From assembly GCA_937936355.1 (NCBI GenBank), contig CALDDM010000005.1, positions 10,336 to 74,335 of the forward strand: 64,000 nucleotides of DNA, written 5' to 3'. Under the pieces are notes generated by a model that had not been told where the DNA came from, searched no databases, and saw only the letters and a list, made by a program, of their open reading frames with translations. The translations under genes were made by a program, and so were the position numbers. Source of the DNA: Minisyncoccota bacterium (GTDB lineage Bacteria > Patescibacteriota > Minisyncoccia > Moranbacterales > GCA-2747515). Position 1 is the stretch's first letter. Each line of letters starts with the position of its first letter. Positions 46,194 to 56,041 of this stretch are shown here, in pieces.

Positions 46194-46928
46194 CTAGTTG
46201 CCAAGTGCTTGCTCAATGAGGGCTGTTAGCTGCGCCTCAGGTACCGCACCGTTGACTGGGATTTTTTCATCTCCTGCAAGGATTACGCTGTATGGTGTTC
46301 CCTGTCCACCTGCACGCTGTGCCTGCGCAAGCTGATCTTTGACCTTTTCAGCCATTTTTGGATCTTTACGGCACTCTTCAAATGCAGCAGCGTTAATACC
46401 TAGCTTCGTTGCTTCTGCAGTCACCTCATCAGCAGCTTGTGAGATAAAAAGCTCGTCGAGATAGCTCCAGAAAGCATCATTACCAGCAAGCTTGCCGACG
46501 CATTCAGTTGCAATTGCCTTTGCCTCAGCCTCTGGATGAAGCTGTGCGAGTGGCAAGTGTCGATACACCCAGTTAATCTGACCGTCGTACTTCTCTAATG
46601 CTGTCTTCATTGTGTCATGAAAGCGACCGCAAAAAGGGCAGTCGATATCTGAAAACTCTATCACGCTGACTTTGGCATTACGATCGCCCCGTACCCAATC
46701 GTCTTTTGTCACATCTTCTACAACGATCTCTTGTGGCTCTGCCTCAGCAGGAGGATACGCACCACCCGGCTCTCCAGCAACTCCAGCCGGTGCTCCACCA
46801 CCCGCTACACGTGCAGACTCTCCTATTGCTACCTTACCCATTGCCATGCCGATAAAAAGTCCGAGGAAAACTGTTGCAAATGCAGTCATCGCTCCTAACC
46901 AGAAAACCTGATTACTGAGAATTTTCAT
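46194..46928 (-). CDS. membrane-anchored DsbA/BdbD-like thiol-disulfide oxidoreductase
   Basis: N-terminal TM, a Pro/Gly/Ala linker, and a thioredoxin fold with DCPFCGRFH. Confidence 0.75.
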   Translation of the reverse strand: MKILSNQVFWLGAMTAFATVFLGLFIGMAMGKVAIGESARVAGGGAPAGVAGEPGGAYPPAEAEPQEIVVEDVTKDDWVRGDRNAKVSVIEFSDIDCPFCGRFHDTMKTALEKYDGQINWVYRHLPLAQLHPEAEAKAIATECVGKLAGNDAFWSYLDELFISQAADEVTAEATKLGINAAAFEECRKDPKMAEKVKDQLAQAQRAGGQGTPYSVILAGDEKIPVNGAVPEAQLTALIEQALGN

Positions 46929-46962
46929 ATATCCTTATGTCATGAATTATTTACGTTACGTC

Positions 46963-47004
46963 ATTATATCAAACACTTTAAAAAATTGTCAAACAGACTT
47001 TACA
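46963..47004 (-). promoter_or_regulatory. sigma70-like promoter of the dsbA-like gene with upstream TGTAAAG element
   Basis: The minus strand reads TGTAAAG-TCTG-TTTGACA, 18 nt, TATAAT. On the plus strand the element is 46987-47004, TGTCAAA-CAGA-CTTTACA. Confidence 0.5.
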
Positions 47005-47127
47005 TATTAAAGATTTTATCTTTTTATAGTTTTCATGGTCTATGGTATTATTATGAACATATTATAATTATCTTTGCTTGACTTAGTGTTGCGTAGCATC
47101 ATAAGTCTAATGCTACCACTATATATC

Positions 47128-47910
47128 ATGAATCTTTTTTCACTACTCGACAGCATTACAGAAAAAGAAAAAGGTGCTGCGATCGACGATCTTATCAGCG
47201 ACTCTTCACCTAATGCGCCGTTCTTTTTTCTCGTGATTCTTTCTACCGTTATGGCGACACTCGGGATCATTGCAGAAAATGCATCTGTCGTCATCGGATC
47301 AATGCTGATAGCACCGATCCTCTCACCAATCCTCTCATTGTCGCTTGGAACAGTTATGTCAGATAGCAAGCTCATGAAATGGTCTGCCGTTACGATCATC
47401 AAATCAACACTCTTTGCACTTGGATCTGCTGGTGTTGCTACACTCTTTTTTTCTAAAGGATTCAATGTCACAGAAAGTAATGTGGAAATTGCATCTCGCA
47501 TCCAGCCAGAGATCATCTACCTGATGATCGCGATTGTTGCTGGTGCTGCAACTGCATATGCACGTGTCAAATCTGAGCTCAACGAAGCCCTCCCAGGCAC
47601 AGCAATCGCAGTGGCACTTGTACCCCCACTTGCAGTTTCTGGCATCGGCATCGCTACCCTCAACCCCATCATAGCTGTCGGTGCATTACAGATGTTTGCA
47701 CTGAACCTCATTGGAATTGTTGTTGCATCGATGGTCATGTTCTCACTCATGAACCTCTACCCCAAGAGGGGCATGGCAGAGCGTGCACAGGAAAGAGAGG
47801 ACCGCAAGCTAGAGCGCGAGAAAGCCAAGGCAGAGAAAGCCAAAGAAGAAGACGAGAAAAAGAAGGTAAAGAAAACGAAAAAGACGACGAAGACTACAAA
47901 GAAAAAATAG
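47128..47910 (+). CDS. DUF389 (TIGR00341) membrane protein with Lys-rich tail
   Basis: GSMLIAPILSPI and VALVPPLAVSGI motifs. The C-terminal 50 aa are K/E-rich. The ORF track starts at TTG 47074, but a TATAAT at 47063-47068 argues for a downstream ATG (47110 or 47128). Confidence 0.6.
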   Translation: MNLFSLLDSITEKEKGAAIDDLISDSSPNAPFFFLVILSTVMATLGIIAENASVVIGSMLIAPILSPILSLSLGTVMSDSKLMKWSAVTIIKSTLFALGSAGVATLFFSKGFNVTESNVEIASRIQPEIIYLMIAIVAGAATAYARVKSELNEALPGTAIAVALVPPLAVSGIGIATLNPIIAVGALQMFALNLIGIVVASMVMFSLMNLYPKRGMAERAQEREDRKLEREKAKAEKAKEEDEKKKVKKTKKTTKTTKKK

Positions 47911-47922
47911 ACCCACCAAAAA

Positions 47923-47953
47923 CTGCCTACACTTATATATAGGCAGTTTTTTT
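47923..47953 (+). terminator. rho-independent terminator
   Basis: CTGCCTA-cacttatata-TAGGCAG followed by T7. Confidence 0.65.
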
Positions 47954-47965
47954 GATATAAAAAAA

Positions 47966-47992
47966 CTCCTACCCCGCTATGCGGGATAGGAG
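47966..47992 (-). repeat. 27-nt hairpin CTCCTACCCCGCTATGCGGGATAGGAG, copy 1 (terminator-like)
   Basis: Exact second copy at 51279-51305. An A-run on the plus strand gives a T-tail on the minus strand after gene 48006-50138. Confidence 0.7.
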
Positions 47993-48005
47993 CAACTTGC
48001 CCCCT

Positions 48006-50138
48006 CTACTCGAGGCGCCACACCTCTGATCCACTTTCGATCGTCTTTGCATCGACATAGATGTGCTCTTTTGTGGGAAGTATCGTATTTGCTTTGGTGA
48101 TCACTTCATCTCCAAAGTCAACTGTCACCACCTCGTTTCCTGAGATGCGTAGCAGATCATTATTTACTGCAACATACAACACCTCTTTCCACTCCGTGAG
48201 AGCGCGAAAGTTTGTAGCTGAATTTAAAAGACCTACAATCTCGGTCGTGCCACCTCGCAAAACATGGAGCGTCCCAATACCATCAAGTTGATTATAGCTT
48301 GGCATATAGACATCGCTACCAACGTTCATCGCAGATGATATGAGAGCCCTACTGTCTTGTGTGAAGTTCTTGCTTTTGCTGGGATTGTTGATATCATAGA
48401 TTGTCATGCCAAACTTGCCATACAAGAACAATCGCTCCCCTGCTAGAACCATGCGATTAGTCAAAGGCGCAAGATCTCTCAAGTACCGTGAGTGCGTACC
48501 GTCTGTCCACCACAATTCACTATGACCACTCACTCCATTAAACGTACTCAGTGTGAAGTAGATCCTGCCATTATAAATCACAAAGGCATCGATCGTACTA
48601 GCAAATGAACCAACACTACCGTCAAGTGGCAGAATCCTTGCCTGACTTAGTGAGGTGCGATCAATAAAAAAGAGCGACCTACCATAATCATCTAAGGATG
48701 AGCGCACAACGATCTGATCTCCATACAACGAGATGTCAGTAGTTGGCACAAACTGAATCGGTGATATGTCATCGAGTGGTCTCATAGTAAATATCTGACC
48801 GAAACCACTTGGCACATACAGACTCTTACCTCCAGTATGTAGCGCAATTGCAATTAACTGATCGTCGACAACCTGTAGCGACTCAATACCTTGAACGATA
48901 CCTTGCAATGCATGCGTAGAAAGAAATGCCTGAGTAACCTGACTGCCAAATATACGGTAGACACTGCGGAATCCATTGTCACCAGCAAGGAAAAAAATGC
49001 CTTCTGTGGTCTCAACTATATCTCCTACATTTTCCAAGCCGATTGACGAAGCCCAGATGTTTGGATTCTGCGCTTCACCGGTCAGAAATGACTGATCGAC
49101 AACATAGCCCTGAAACGACAATACTCCTCCACGCGATGCGCTCATCACCACCTCACTTCCTATTTCTACAACCTGACGCGTGCGAGCATCATCAAATAGA
49201 AAGTCTGTCATCTTCTGCGGTGTTGGAGCATCTCCATACCCTGCGACGGCAAAGATGTCATCGACGATACTGTCCCTCAACTCAGGTATCTGCATATACC
49301 GCTTAAACCCGTGACAATAGACCGACTTCAATACTGTGAATGACGTTGCATCATCACATGCCCCACCACCCGTTACAGGCGTATTGGCGGGCAGCCCATC
49401 TGGTATTGCCTTAATCACATCACGGTAATTCGTTGTATACCGTTTTTGTGTAGCAATATCAAACGATGGCTCTATCCGGTCACTGGGAACAGCCACGCCG
49501 ACAAGTCCCAAGATATTCGAAATCTCGTTGCCTGCATAGGCCAGATACAGGGCATTACCAAGCCAATTGCCCTGCGAATGATCCACAAGAATCACTTTTT
49601 GTGCACCATGAACACCTACTAGTTCAGAGATCGCTGGTAAATATGCAGATACAAAAGCATCAATCTGTAAATCTGCTTCTGTTGTCGAGATGATTCTGTC
49701 AGAAATTTTTATACCAAAGACTTCTGCAACATCAGGTGTTATAAATGCATCCACAGTCTCTTCAAAGGTATCCGCGACCTTCACCACGAATCGCCATAGC
49801 GGATTCCATTGCTCTTGCTGAATCCCGAGCTCCACAGACTCAATGAGGTCATTAGCTAAACCGTATGAGTCGTTATAGAACTGAGAAACGAAGAAGCATT
49901 GCTCATTCAAACTAAGTGAACGAACTCGACTAGCAATAATCGATTCCAAAAAGTATCTTGATTTCTGCGTCTCCTCGTCAGATGTTGTGATGCCATTTAC
50001 AAAAATTACTGCAACCCTTTGCTCGTCGCAAGATCCAAATGGATCAGTAAATGACAAGTCTTGCGCATATAACGCTTTACTACTCAACAATCCAATAACC
50101 AAGTAAAAAAATACACCAAACAGTTGCATATTTTTCAC
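48006..50138 (-). CDS. secreted protein: N-terminal alpha/beta-hydrolase-like domain plus ELWxxDGT-type beta-propeller
   Basis: Signal peptide. VAVIFVNGI and the nucleophile-elbow-like VDHSQGN. C-terminal SELWWTDGT and GSEVWRLE repeats. Confidence 0.55.
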   Translation of the reverse strand: MKNMQLFGVFFYLVIGLLSSKALYAQDLSFTDPFGSCDEQRVAVIFVNGITTSDEETQKSRYFLESIIASRVRSLSLNEQCFFVSQFYNDSYGLANDLIESVELGIQQEQWNPLWRFVVKVADTFEETVDAFITPDVAEVFGIKISDRIISTTEADLQIDAFVSAYLPAISELVGVHGAQKVILVDHSQGNWLGNALYLAYAGNEISNILGLVGVAVPSDRIEPSFDIATQKRYTTNYRDVIKAIPDGLPANTPVTGGGACDDATSFTVLKSVYCHGFKRYMQIPELRDSIVDDIFAVAGYGDAPTPQKMTDFLFDDARTRQVVEIGSEVVMSASRGGVLSFQGYVVDQSFLTGEAQNPNIWASSIGLENVGDIVETTEGIFFLAGDNGFRSVYRIFGSQVTQAFLSTHALQGIVQGIESLQVVDDQLIAIALHTGGKSLYVPSGFGQIFTMRPLDDISPIQFVPTTDISLYGDQIVVRSSLDDYGRSLFFIDRTSLSQARILPLDGSVGSFASTIDAFVIYNGRIYFTLSTFNGVSGHSELWWTDGTHSRYLRDLAPLTNRMVLAGERLFLYGKFGMTIYDINNPSKSKNFTQDSRALISSAMNVGSDVYMPSYNQLDGIGTLHVLRGGTTEIVGLLNSATNFRALTEWKEVLYVAVNNDLLRISGNEVVTVDFGDEVITKANTILPTKEHIYVDAKTIESGSEVWRLE

Positions 50139-50189
50139 GTTCCTTCTCCTCTAATTTCTGTGTGTAGAATGTGCAATCTATAAGAGAGC

Positions 50190-51101
50190 CTATAAATCAC
50201 TCAGGTTAAATGTACAAAACCGCCCTCGATCTTCAAGCCTTGCATCTGGCCGCCCCCTAAATGGGAATGCCTCCTCCATGCGAGCGCCAGCCTCCAGCCT
50301 ACCTTTGCCGCGTGCACGACTCTGCCCAAAAAAGGCCGCTTCTATTTCCCTGCTAATATCATGTGACTCCCAAATATCTATACCCTCAACCACTTGAGTT
50401 GTGTAATCCAGACATCTATTTGACTCACTCATAGCATCAAAAACTTCTACCAACTTCTCCGGCTCGGCATCAAGATTACGAACAACATCTTGCATTGCCA
50501 TCACCATTTGCACTGCTGCCTGTCGGACAACTGTGGACCCATCAGCAGATGCAGCAGCCTCTTGCACGATCAGCTCCGCATCATCCCAAATCCCATTGCC
50601 ATCACTGTCGATTGCAGCCATTTCAGGATCAAGGTCTGCATCAGGATTTCGTCCACTACCACCTATTGTCAACACAAGTGGTATACGGCCAATCTCATCA
50701 TCACATGTCTCACTTTCTTTTTTGCATATGAGCAGATTGCCCTCCACAATTTCTGACTCAGCACCATCGGAGATGCCTAGGTCTATAACTATGTTCCTAT
50801 ACCGCGTACCAGGACCCTGCGACTGAGCATTATGCAACCTTACATCTGTCACATAGGACTCAAGAGCCCCTATAACTCTCATAAATCTACCTTGCGGCAC
50901 TTGATCTCTGAGTACTTGCACGATGATTTGAACATCCTCGCCACGACTTCCCTCTGAAGTTACTCGATCAACTTGTATTTCATCGAGAAAAAAATCGATT
51001 GCCTCTACATTTTTATTACTTCCAGCAATAGAGATCGTACTTGCGACGAGCGCAAATAATCCTACAGCCAGTGAAATGAGCATTGCCTTTTTTGATTTCA
51101 T
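50190..51101 (-). CDS. secreted hypothetical protein with EF-hand-like Ca-binding loop
   Basis: Signal peptide MKSKKAMLISLAVGLFALVAS. DSDGNGIWDDAE loop. Confidence 0.45.
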   Translation of the reverse strand: MKSKKAMLISLAVGLFALVASTISIAGSNKNVEAIDFFLDEIQVDRVTSEGSRGEDVQIIVQVLRDQVPQGRFMRVIGALESYVTDVRLHNAQSQGPGTRYRNIVIDLGISDGAESEIVEGNLLICKKESETCDDEIGRIPLVLTIGGSGRNPDADLDPEMAAIDSDGNGIWDDAELIVQEAAASADGSTVVRQAAVQMVMAMQDVVRNLDAEPEKLVEVFDAMSESNRCLDYTTQVVEGIDIWESHDISREIEAAFFGQSRARGKGRLEAGARMEEAFPFRGRPDARLEDRGRFCTFNLSDL

Positions 51102-51278
51102 GATATGTCTCCTGTTGAGTTTATACTGTCATTATACAGCAACTTTTACTCCTTACATTTTTTAAATGTACTACACTGTTGAAAAAATCAACTAATAACG
51201 GTATCAACTTTAGATACTTATGTCAAATGAGCTTATTTGAAAATGCACGGGGGAAATTCTTTTTTCATATTTAAAAAT

Positions 51279-51305
51279 CTCCTACCCCGCTATGCGGGAT
51301 AGGAG
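51279..51305 (-). repeat. 27-nt hairpin CTCCTACCCCGCTATGCGGGATAGGAG, copy 2
   Basis: Identical to 47966-47992. Lies after gene 51342-51770 and before gene 50190-51101. Confidence 0.7.
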
Positions 51306-51341
51306 TTGCATGTCTTTTGAGACGTACGTATTTCAGCATTG

Positions 51342-51770
51342 TTATATTTTTTTTACTTTGTCTGAAACTCTTTGACTGAATTCAGGTCGAGCTCGATCTG
51401 TAGCAGACTTCACTGCAGCATCATCATCCTGATCTTGATCCTCATCTGTCTGATCAGATTTTTCTGCGTCCTGCTTTTCGGTCGGTGGATGTTGTGAAGG
51501 ATTGTTGTTTTGCTCTATAAACTGTGCACGTATGCGTGCGATTACTTCATCAATCGCATCACTTGACAGCTTGCCGCTTTTTGAAAGCACCTCTCGTTTC
51601 AAGACGAGATGTCTTTCTTGCTCGTCGGTGAGTGTATCGTCTTTTGGTGAAGGCTCATCTTGATTGTCTTGCTTACCTTGCTCACTTTTTTTGCTCCCTT
51701 GATATAAGGTGTACGCGGCAACCGCAGCAACTGCACCAAACGCTAAAACTCTCGCTAATAACACGGTCAT
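51342..51770 (-). CDS. small membrane-anchored acidic protein
   Basis: N-terminal TM (VLAFGAVAAVAAYTLY) followed by a D/E/Q-rich, probably disordered, region. Confidence 0.4.
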   Translation of the reverse strand: MTVLLARVLAFGAVAAVAAYTLYQGSKKSEQGKQDNQDEPSPKDDTLTDEQERHLVLKREVLSKSGKLSSDAIDEVIARIRAQFIEQNNNPSQHPPTEKQDAEKSDQTDEDQDQDDDAAVKSATDRARPEFSQRVSDKVKKI

Positions 51771-51972
51771 TTATTGACTCCTTTTGTGTCGACATATATA
51801 TTATACATCATTACTGGTATATTGTAAAATTTTCTATTATTTGTGTATGATATTTATCCTTCCCCAATTTTTGCGCAACGATGATTATATTGTTCCTTGA
51901 AAAAAAGAAGCTCGCTTCAGAAGTTTTACCTTCTTCCACGAGCTTGCTCTCAGATGAGAGTCGAACTATTAT

Positions 51973-53967
51973 CTACCAACCACCAGACGCGCCGCCGCCG
52001 CCGAAATTGCCGCCGCCGAAGTTATTTGTCGGCGGTGGACTTGATGGCTCACTACTGTAGTTGGATGCAGAGTATGCAGAAGAGCGCCTTGCGCGAGCTT
52101 TTTTCCTTTTATCTTTAGCTTTTTTTACTTCCTGCTTTGCCGCTTTTATGGAGTCTTTAGAGCTGGATATTACTTCGTCCAACTGATCTGCATATGTCGA
52201 CCAGTCAAACAACCCACCATCCTCGCCACCAGCAACTAATGAAGAGATAATAGCTAGATCTGCAGCAGTGCCGCTGACACTCAGCTTGTTCTCCTCACTA
52301 ACGTCACTGTTACGAACAGCACTACGAGCTTTCTGAACTGCAGACTCAGCCTCACGTAACTTCTGCGAGCAAGATCCGCGTGCTTTTTCAAATTCCTCGT
52401 ACACGCGGCTCAACTGCCTACGTAAGGACTGTATTTCATTCAAGTGTGCTCTCGCTTCTTCAACTGCTTTACGAGCATGCGCAAAATCCTGCACTTCCAT
52501 ACTCACCTTACTCTCAGCGATTTCCAACTTTCTCGCAACCAAGTCTTCGGCTTGTGACTTGAGTGATTCTAGCTTTTTTGAAAAGGACTGCCATACGCTT
52601 GGCACCGCATTTTCTTTTAAGTATCTTACCTTTCCCTGCAGATCAGGGTCGTGGTCAGCAATTGATTCGGTTGTCTCCCTCATCTCCTGTATTTCACGAT
52701 TGACATAGTCTCGATCTGCGGCTAAGCCATTGAGACTGTCAAGTAAATCACTTAATTCATTTGCAATGTGTTGCGCGGTTTGACCAATCTCATCACTTTC
52801 GTCCTCTACGTCACCCGTCAGACGTGTAGCAACCCCTTGCTGATTTGCAGCAACTACTCTAGTGCAGTCTTCAAATGAAGACTTCATACCTCCAAGATTA
52901 AACCCCTCAGCCATCAACTTCTCATAACGCATAGCCACTTCTTCAAGTAGATTTTGTGCCTCTTGGGATGCCTGACGGACATCACCCTGAAACTCTTCAA
53001 TCTGTTGGTCTGTAGAATCTAACTGATCAATGTACTGATCTGCCCTCTTTAGTTCATGTAAAGCCTGTGAAACGTCTTCATTTGACTGATCTGGATCGTT
53101 CGTGATCCCATCTTTAGCTTTACCGATCAAACTTTCAGCATTTTTGATGCTTTGATCAAGTTGACCTCTCCGAGCATCATAGCTTTCTCTGATCCACGTT
53201 GGCAAACCTTCTCTACCATTAATTTCAGCTACCTGCACCTTTCGGTCATTGAGTCGCTTTTCTGTTTTTTGAATTTCACTTGCGACCTTAATTCGCAAAC
53301 TCGCCTTTCTTTTTCTCTCAGCCTTTTTCTTGAAAAAAGATTTGATAGCAAAGAAAATTGCAGTAAGCAGAGCAATCAAGAAAGATACAAAACCCACACC
53401 TTTAACCATGTTCTTCCTTTTTTGTGACCTAGCTCGACTTTCCTCAGCTGCGCGAGTTTTAAATGCTCGCATTATACCCAACCGCTCCTGCTCACTTGCA
53501 TGACCAATACTGTCTGTCACATCTGCCAGCAGATTGTTGATACCTCGAGCGTAGTCCCGCTCTTTAAATGCTCCTGGCAAATGTTTCTCAAGCAGTTTTT
53601 TTGACTGAGAATCTGACAAGAAGAACTCAAGACCTTCGCCGACAGCTATTGCAAACCGTCTGTCAGCTAGAGCAATAGCAATAACAACACCATTATCTCT
53701 ATCTGCCTTGCCAACGCCCCATTCATTGCCCAGATTGGTTGCCCATCTGTGAATGTCTTGGCCATGTGTTGTTTGCACTGTGACTACGGCAATTTCGGCA
53801 GATGTCTGCACTTCATAATCGTGAAGTGTTCTTTCCATTAATAGCTCCTCCGCAGAACTCAACATCATTGCTGAGTCACTGACATAGCCATCTTGCTCGA
53901 GCCCGTAGGCTTTCGTTATTGCAAAGAAAATACACACAAAAAAAGTAAAGTGTCGAAATTTCTGCAT
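51973..53967 (-). CDS. giant TPM-domain protein (TPM phosphatase fold, TM, about 400-aa coiled coil, Gly-rich C-terminus)
   Basis: Signal peptide. TPM pattern YVSDSAMMLS...AEIAVVTVQT...WGVGKADRDNGVVIAIALADRRFAIAVGEGLE. One TM helix, heptad-rich helical region and a terminal GGGNFGGGGASGGW. Confidence 0.65.
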   Translation of the reverse strand: MQKFRHFTFFVCIFFAITKAYGLEQDGYVSDSAMMLSSAEELLMERTLHDYEVQTSAEIAVVTVQTTHGQDIHRWATNLGNEWGVGKADRDNGVVIAIALADRRFAIAVGEGLEFFLSDSQSKKLLEKHLPGAFKERDYARGINNLLADVTDSIGHASEQERLGIMRAFKTRAAEESRARSQKRKNMVKGVGFVSFLIALLTAIFFAIKSFFKKKAERKRKASLRIKVASEIQKTEKRLNDRKVQVAEINGREGLPTWIRESYDARRGQLDQSIKNAESLIGKAKDGITNDPDQSNEDVSQALHELKRADQYIDQLDSTDQQIEEFQGDVRQASQEAQNLLEEVAMRYEKLMAEGFNLGGMKSSFEDCTRVVAANQQGVATRLTGDVEDESDEIGQTAQHIANELSDLLDSLNGLAADRDYVNREIQEMRETTESIADHDPDLQGKVRYLKENAVPSVWQSFSKKLESLKSQAEDLVARKLEIAESKVSMEVQDFAHARKAVEEARAHLNEIQSLRRQLSRVYEEFEKARGSCSQKLREAESAVQKARSAVRNSDVSEENKLSVSGTAADLAIISSLVAGGEDGGLFDWSTYADQLDEVISSSKDSIKAAKQEVKKAKDKRKKARARRSSAYSASNYSSEPSSPPPTNNFGGGNFGGGGASGGW

Positions 53968-54194
53968 TAAGAATGCTCCTGTTGGTTTTTATTAAAGTAC
54001 TCTTAGCTCTTGTCTGAGCTGGTACAACGATATGTCAAAATTTATTATATACTAAAATTAATTTAATGTCAATTTCTCTTACTCTTTCTACATTTCCACA
54101 TTATATATACACGCAAATCATTTTTATATATTTGACATTCTTTTCTGCTATGGTATCTTGTGACAGTTCACATATCATACACAGTGAGAGCGTT

Positions 54195-54770
54195 ATGCCT
54201 TCTTTAAGAATCAAAGAAATTGCTCGTTGTTTATCTGCAACTCAGCGATTGACGTTTTCGGGACTGCTGCTCGGCTACTCCTACGAAAACATTGCGCTAC
54301 TTCGTGAGCGAAGCATTGGCACGATAAAAATCCACACTCGCGTTATCAGAGAGCATCTTCCTTCCCTAGATGGATCTGATGATCCAATAAGACTCAAAGA
54401 TGTACCCTCTCGGATTCAATCATTACATACAGCGTCCAACAAAAATCTTGTCCCGCTGATCATGATAGAGGATCGTATTCCTTCTGTGTTACGAGGAATT
54501 TCAACACACGGCCACATCGATGATAAAATGCATTCTCATGCAGCATGTCAGACATTATTGGAAATTGCTCAAGGTAAAACAGAACAAGAAATTCTTACAC
54601 ATCTTCAAAATGACACTGAACTTAGTGTTGTGGGGTACGCCTTTGAGAAAAGGCATGTTCTTGAGTATATGCTTGCCATTGCACTTATACTCTACAGCGA
54701 AGGCTGTACTGATGTCTCACTTAATCAGCTCAGACAGCACATTTACATGGACCCTCGTCAAGACAGCTAA
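54195..54770 (+). CDS. LuxR/GerE-type helix-turn-helix protein with uncharacterised C-terminal domain
   Basis: LSATQRLTFSGLLLGYSYENIALLRERSIGTIKIHTRVIREHL fits the GerE HTH. The ORF track starts at 54066. Alternative ATGs are at 54150 and 54195. Confidence 0.5.
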   Translation: MPSLRIKEIARCLSATQRLTFSGLLLGYSYENIALLRERSIGTIKIHTRVIREHLPSLDGSDDPIRLKDVPSRIQSLHTASNKNLVPLIMIEDRIPSVLRGISTHGHIDDKMHSHAACQTLLEIAQGKTEQEILTHLQNDTELSVVGYAFEKRHVLEYMLAIALILYSEGCTDVSLNQLRQHIYMDPRQDS

Positions 54771-54890
54771 AACAAGCTCACCAAAAATACAACGCACCAT
54801 GCAAGGCATGGTGCGTCTTTTTATTTACTACACAATAAGGTAAAAATGAAAGAGCCACATAGAGGCGCTCCTCCATGTGGCTCATAGCTA

Positions 54891-55250
54891 TCAAAATAGG
54901 TATGAGAACATACCTTTTACGTTTTTTTCTGTTTCGCATGTCCCGTCACATGCTCCGATAATGTTTTCATATAAGTGTCGGCCACCGATTGGCTGCACAG
55001 TACCGTCAACCACCTCGTTCCAGACTGTTACCATACTTTCTGCATGATGGATGCCATCACAGCCGTAGAGCGTCTCAGCTCTACTGCCATCGCCCCCAAT
55101 CTCTCCCATCTCTATCTTGTACGCTTCAAAGCTTCTGTATGTCAGCCCGAGAGAGCTGGCCAAAGAATCGTTTGCTGCGCGCGTTGCATCGATCGCGTCA
55201 TGATCTGCATCAAGATTTGCGTACTCTGCAGCCTCATTTGTACCTGACAT
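54891..55250 (-). CDS. hypothetical protein
   Basis: 119-aa ORF with no recognisable motif. Confidence 0.35.
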   Translation of the reverse strand: MSGTNEAAEYANLDADHDAIDATRAANDSLASSLGLTYRSFEAYKIEMGEIGGDGSRAETLYGCDGIHHAESMVTVWNEVVDGTVQPIGGRHLYENIIGACDGTCETEKNVKGMFSYLF

Positions 55251-55406
55251 TCAGTATCTCCGTTCTTGTTCTAAGGAAAAAAACACCATACCAATATAAC
55301 ATTTTTTGTATTATTTGTCAATATTATGTTGACAATAAAATTGTGTTGTTGTAGCCTTTGTATATCTTGACGACTCCCGTCAGGCACAAACAGACAGAGG
55401 CTCATA

Positions 55407-55772
55407 ATGGCTGATGTAAGTATAGAAAGCGTCGTAGAAAATATACTTGAGAAATTACTCAATGATGATCTCAGTGTGGCAGAGATTGCACCTGACCTCA
55501 CAGATCTCATATTTCTTTCAAAGAGGTGTAGTGCAGATCTTGATATGGCAAAAAATGAGCTCGAAGAGGCTCTTAAGGAAAAAGCTCATGCAGAGTCACT
55601 AGCTGCAGATCTACGCAGTAGCATTGATCACCTTAAAAATAACAAGCTGGATTCTGAAATACAACTTCGCGCGTTGCATGATTTAGTCCAATCTGCGCGG
55701 AAAAAAACTCGAATTAACAAGGGTGACCTTAATGATATAAGTGTCATCACAGCTTCTCTGACCTCGCAGTAG
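55407..55772 (+). CDS. hypothetical coiled-coil protein
   Basis: 121 aa with a heptad-like charged helix pattern. Followed by a terminator. Confidence 0.4.
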   Translation: MADVSIESVVENILEKLLNDDLSVAEIAPDLTDLIFLSKRCSADLDMAKNELEEALKEKAHAESLAADLRSSIDHLKNNKLDSEIQLRALHDLVQSARKKTRINKGDLNDISVITASLTSQ

Positions 55773-55814
55773 TGAGAAAACTCACTTAAGTCTATCGATC
55801 ATACATCTCACGAT

Positions 55815-55844
55815 CCCGCCCCTTATTATGGAGGCGGGTTTTTT
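55815..55844 (+). terminator. rho-independent terminator
   Basis: CCCGCC-ccttattatgga-GGCGGG followed by TTTTTT. Confidence 0.65.
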
Positions 55845-56041
55845 ATACTCACCCATGCTTACACCTGGAGATCAGGCGTTTTTTATACAATTACCAAGAT
55901 GGTATGTCGAGTCTTGATTTGGTTATGTCTAGATAGAATTCCAGTCGGAGTTTCATGTTAGAGGGCTGATAATACATGAGCTCTACTCGAGTGACCCATT
56001 GCATAAATTACCGGAGGAGCGACTGCTACCAATAGCTTTTA

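Noticed and set aside
47040-47516. A 158-aa minus-strand ORF overlapping the 5-prime half of the DUF389 gene.
   Set aside because: The plus-strand frame carries the DUF389 motifs and TM helices and has a promoter and terminator. The minus-strand frame has no support.
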